Part shown: positions 4,331 to 7,213 of the stretch, in pieces
How positions within the stretch are numbered: position 1 is the first letter of the stretch
How the letters are laid out: the number at the start of each line of letters is the position of its first letter
Virus record (IMG/VR): IMGVR_UViG_2529292873_000004
Coordinates: 1-7,213 of that record
Length of the DNA stretch: 7,213 nt
Source of the DNA: a virus
Lineage: Duplodnaviria; Heunggongvirae; Uroviricota; Caudoviricetes
Reading direction: 5' to 3' (one strand)
Program-made: the position numbers and the translations under genes
Notes under the pieces: generated by a model
Databases searched by the model: none
The model's input: the letters and a program-made list of their open reading frames with translations, nothing else
Told to the model about the DNA's origin: nothing

Positions 4331-6277
4331 ATGACATTTAAACATTACGATGTGGTCAGGGCGGCATCGCCGTCAGACCTTGCTGATGCACTTGCGCAAA
4401 AAATTCGTGAAGGATGGCAACCATATGGTGGGCCGTTTTCTTCGTATACGGATGATGGCGCAGCACTTATTCAGGCGATTGTCGCAGAAGGTGATGTGAG
4501 CACACCTGTTGTGGTGAAGCCGACAGGTGGAGAAGGTGCAGTAATCAGCGCCACCAGCGACCCGGAGTATTACTTTGTTGTGGTTCTGGCAGGGCAGTCA
4601 AATGGCATGTCGTATGGTGAAGGTCTTCCGCTGCCGGAGACATATGACCGTCCGGACCCGCGTATTAAGCAACTGGCGCGCCGCAGTACGGTGACACCGG
4701 GCGGTGTCGCCTGTAAATATAACGACATCATTCCGGCGGACCATTGTCTGCATGATGTGCAGGACATGAGCCGTCTTAACCATCCGAAAGCGGACCTGTC
4801 AAAGGGGCAGTACGGAACCGTGGGGCAGGGGCTGCATATCGCCAAAAAACTGCTGCCGTTTATACCGGCGAATGCGGGTATTCTGCTGGTTCCGTGCTGT
4901 CGTGGTGGTTCAGCGTTCACCACCGGAGCTGATGGCACATACAGTGACGCGAGTGGTGCCTCGGAGAATTCAACCCGCTGGGGTGTGGACAAGCCGCTGT
5001 ATAAGGACCTTATCGGTCGAACAAAAGCAGCACTGAAGAAGAACCCGAAAAATGTGCTGTTTGCCGTGGTGTGGATGCAGGGGGAATTTGATTTTGGCGG
5101 GACGCCGGCAAATCATGCCGCACAGTTTGGTGCGCTGGTTGATAAATTCCGTGCAGACCTGACGGATATGGCAGGTCAGTGCGTTGGTGGCTCTGCTGGC
5201 GGTGTTCCCTGGATCTGTGGAGATACGACGTATTTCTGGAAGCAGAAGAACGAATCCTCGTACCAGACGGTGTACGGCAGCTACAAAAACAAAACGGAAA
5301 AGAATATCCATTTCGTACCGTTCATGACCGATGAGAACGGGGTGAATGTGCCGACGAACAAACCGGAAGAAGACCCGGACATTCCGGGTATCGGGTATTA
5401 CGGTTCGAAATGGCGTGACAGCTCAGCCACCTGGACGTCACAGGACAGGGCGAGCCATTTCAGTTCATGGGCTCGCCGCGGGATTATTTCCGACCGTCTG
5501 GCAACGGCGATTTTGCGCCATGCGGGAAGAGTGGCGCTAAACGCGGGGGCATCATCGACAGTATCAGAGGTGCGCCCGTCATCGTCTTCCGGTGCAGAAG
5601 CCACAGGCGTCACAACACTGCTCTCTTACCTTGCCAGCGAGTCAGAGGGAAGCCTGAAAGTACAGGGATGGTCAGCCAGTGGCGGCAGGGCAGAAGTGGT
5701 CAGCGATGCGGAGGGAACCGGAGGTAAGGCAGTGAAGCTGACCAAGGAAGCAGGTAAAAGCAGCTGGGTGCTGGAGTACGCCGCGGGCAACGGTGCGGCT
5801 CTGTTACAGAAAGGGGGGCAGATTCGCTGCCGCTTTAAGGTTTCGGGAGCGCTGGCTGCGAACCAGTATGTTATGGCGTTTTACTGGCCGGTATCTTCAC
5901 TGCCACAGGGCGTTGCCCTGACCGGAGACGGGGGGAATAACCTGCTGGCAGCGTTCTACATCCAGACAGATGCAAAAGACCTGAATGTGATGTACCACAA
6001 TGCGAAAGTGGCGACAAACAACCTGAAACTGGGAACCTTTGGCGCATTTGATAACGAATGGCATACGCTGGCTTTCCGCTTTGCCGGGAATAACAGCCTT
6101 CAGGTGACGCCGGTTATTGATGGTCAGGATGGCACACCGTTCACGCTGACGCAGTCACCGGTCAGTGCATTTGCGGCGGATAAACTGCATGTGACAGACA
6201 TTACCAGGAATGCGACTTACCCGGTGCTGATTGACAGCATTGCGGTGGAAGTGAACAGCACAGACACTGCGGCATGA
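4331..6277 (+). CDS. prophage NanS-p-like sialate O-acetylesterase (N-terminal DUF1737-like region, SASA/SGNH-type esterase domain, uncharacterised C-terminal domain)
   Basis: ATG 4331 with GGGAGG (4321-4326); 648 aa. Esterase motif …VVVLAGQSNGMSYGEG… as in NanS/YjhS-type enzymes. Size and position (downstream of Q and tRNAs, upstream of the holin) match the large esterase ORF of Stx2 phages. Table ORF 4262..6277 is an upstream extension without an RBS. Confidence 0.8.
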   Translation: MTFKHYDVVRAASPSDLADALAQKIREGWQPYGGPFSSYTDDGAALIQAIVAEGDVSTPVVVKPTGGEGAVISATSDPEYYFVVVLAGQSNGMSYGEGLPLPETYDRPDPRIKQLARRSTVTPGGVACKYNDIIPADHCLHDVQDMSRLNHPKADLSKGQYGTVGQGLHIAKKLLPFIPANAGILLVPCCRGGSAFTTGADGTYSDASGASENSTRWGVDKPLYKDLIGRTKAALKKNPKNVLFAVVWMQGEFDFGGTPANHAAQFGALVDKFRADLTDMAGQCVGGSAGGVPWICGDTTYFWKQKNESSYQTVYGSYKNKTEKNIHFVPFMTDENGVNVPTNKPEEDPDIPGIGYYGSKWRDSSATWTSQDRASHFSSWARRGIISDRLATAILRHAGRVALNAGASSTVSEVRPSSSSGAEATGVTTLLSYLASESEGSLKVQGWSASGGRAEVVSDAEGTGGKAVKLTKEAGKSSWVLEYAAGNGAALLQKGGQIRCRFKVSGALAANQYVMAFYWPVSSLPQGVALTGDGGNNLLAAFYIQTDAKDLNVMYHNAKVATNNLKLGTFGAFDNEWHTLAFRFAGNNSLQVTPVIDGQDGTPFTLTQSPVSAFAADKLHVTDITRNATYPVLIDSIAVEVNSTDTAA

Positions 6278-6278
6278 T

Positions 6279-6314
6279 AAAAAAACCGCCAGCGACAGGA
6301 ATGGACGCTGGCGG
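6279..6314 (-). terminator. rho-independent terminator oriented for minus-strand transcription, immediately after the esterase stop
   Basis: Plus strand shows A7 (6279-6285) then CCGCCAGCG-(11-nt loop)-CGCTGGCGG (6286-6314); on the minus strand this is a 9-bp perfect stem followed by U7. Downstream on the plus strand is TGGTAATA, so it is weak in the + direction. Confidence 0.5.
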
Positions 6315-6413
6315 TGGTAATACCTATGGAGAAAAAATAAAGGAACGATACTTTCGTGCTCTGGTTTTTTAAATGAAAACAGTTCTTATTGTCAACAATA
6401 ACGGAAAGAAATT

Positions 6414-6593
6414 ATGACATTTCTGAACCAGTTAATGCTGTACTTCTGTACGGTGGTCTGTGTGCTGTATCTCCTTTCGGGTGGGTACAGGGCCATGCGT
6501 GACTTCTGGCGCAGACAGATTGACAAAAGGGCCGCTGAGAAAATCAGCGCCGGTCAGTCAGCCGGAAGCAAACCCGAAGAGCCGCTCATTTAG
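6414..6593 (+). CDS. hypothetical small membrane protein (59 aa)
   Basis: ATG 6414 (weak GGAAAG upstream) to TAG 6591-6593. Product MTFLNQLMLYFCTVVCVLYLLSGGYRAMRDFWRRQIDKRAAEKISAGQSAGSKPEEPLI: one N-terminal TM helix and a basic tail. Below the table cutoff; overlaps the 5' part of table ORF 6460..6906 in another frame. Confidence 0.35.
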   Translation: MTFLNQLMLYFCTVVCVLYLLSGGYRAMRDFWRRQIDKRAAEKISAGQSAGSKPEEPLI

Positions 6594-6633
6594 CGGCAAC
6601 TTTCTTAATCACACCTTTCGACGAGAAAATCCC

Positions 6634-6906
6634 ATGTCAGAAATTACATCCCTGGTCACTGCAGAGGCAGTGAAGGAAGTCCTGCGCTCTGAAGAAGTCC
6701 TGAGCGCACTGAAACAAAAACTTCGCCATAACCTGGAAGCGCGTCTTGATGCAGAGGTTGATGCCATTCTGGATGAGCTGCTTGGTGTACAGGCAGAGCC
6801 ACCGACTGAAGCGGGAGATACCACCGCAGAGAGCGGTGAAGTTCAGCCTGAATCACCGGTCGCCGATGCGACTGAACCTCAACCCGAATCGGTCATGATG
6901 CTGTAA
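6634..6906 (+). CDS. hypothetical small acidic protein (90 aa)
   Basis: In-frame ATG 6634 of table ORF 6460..6906, weak SD (GAGAAA). Product [51 protein letters not shown]… then an E/D/T/P-rich tail. Family not recognised. Confidence 0.45.
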   Translation: MSEITSLVTAEAVKEVLRSEEVLSALKQKLRHNLEARLDAEVDAILDELLGVQAEPPTEAGDTTAESGEVQPESPVADATEPQPESVMML

Positions 6907-6917
6907 CGGGGAGTCAG

Positions 6918-6947
6918 GGCCATCAGTAAACAGCTGCTGGCCTTTTT
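6918..6947 (+). terminator. possible rho-independent terminator upstream of the holin gene
   Basis: GGCCATCAG-(7-nt loop)-CTGCTGGCC (9-bp stem with one mismatch) followed by TTTTT (6943-6947). Confidence 0.4.
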
Positions 6948-6982
6948 CATGTTGTGAGCTTCCGGATAACGGGAGACGGGGT

Positions 6983-7198
6983 ATGTACCAGATGGAAAAA
7001 ATCACAACAGGTGTGTCATACACCACGTCAGCGGTGGGGACGGGATACTGGTTACTGCAGCTGCTGGACAAAGTCTCTCCGTCCCAGTGGGTGGCAATAG
7101 GCGTGCTGGGGAGTCTGCTGTTTGGTCTGCTGACGTACCTGACGAACCTGTATTTCAAAATCAGAGAAGACCGGCGTAAGGCGGCGCGGGGAGAGTAG
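6983..7198 (+). CDS. S: class I holin (lambdoid S-type) with dual-start motif
   Basis: ATG 6983 with GGGAGACGGGG upstream; 71 aa [71 protein letters not shown]. Hydrophobic segments plus a charged C-terminal tail; two start codons (Met1, Met4) as in holin/antiholin pairs. Matches my recollection of the 933W-type S holin. Confidence 0.85.
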   Translation: MYQMEKITTGVSYTTSAVGTGYWLLQLLDKVSPSQWVAIGVLGSLLFGLLTYLTNLYFKIREDRRKAARGE

Positions 7199-7201
7199 AC
7201 G

Positions 7202-7213
7202 ATGAACCATGAA
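7202..7213 (+). CDS. 5' end of the next late gene (partial; presumably endolysin R by position)
   Basis: ATG 7202, 3 nt after the holin stop (7196-7198), reading MNHE… before the window ends. Assignment by synteny only. Confidence 0.3.

Noticed and set aside
4570-5727. Internal and antisense ORFs within the esterase gene (4570..4992, 4598..4783, 4970..5311, 5346..5540, 5398..5613, 5467..5727)
   Set aside because: All are embedded in a 648-codon gene with a clear family signature; typical alternative-frame artefacts of GC-rich coding sequence.
6609-7158. Minus-strand ORFs 6609..6824, 6656..6856 and 6853..7158
   Set aside because: Antisense to the acidic-protein ORF and the holin; the holin assignment is strong and these frames lack ribosome-binding sites.
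1-7213. CRISPR arrays, IS elements or transposase genes
   Set aside because: No regularly spaced direct repeats, no terminal inverted repeats flanking an ORF, and no transposase-like ORF were seen. Integrase and att sites are not expected in this part of a prophage.

Overview
The window reads as the nin-to-lysis arm of a lambdoid, Stx-phage-like prophage from an enterobacterium, with every credible gene on the + strand. In order: the 3' end of an upstream gene; a DUF551-like gene; a 34-codon membrane peptide; a complete hok/mok/sok-type type I toxin-antitoxin locus; an AT-rich spacer followed by an unrecognised 70-codon basic protein; a translationally coupled DUF1367 / DUF1364 (YbcO-like) / putative antiterminator Q block; a terminator and three tRNAs (Ile-CAU, Arg-UCG, Arg-UCU); about 525 bp of non-coding DNA where Stx phages carry stxAB; a NanS-p-like sialate O-acetylesterase; two small ORFs; and a dual-start holin followed by the first codons of the next gene. 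No stx genes, CRISPR array, rRNA or transposase/IS element were seen. I do not find a clear multi-gene undescribed system. The most unexplained elements are the small basic protein behind the AT-rich spacer (1687-1899), the membrane-peptide/acidic-protein pair before the holin (6414-6906), and the terminator-dense stx-equivalent gap with a possible antisense small RNA. All family assignments are from recall of motifs and synteny, not from searches, and small-ORF starts are approximate.
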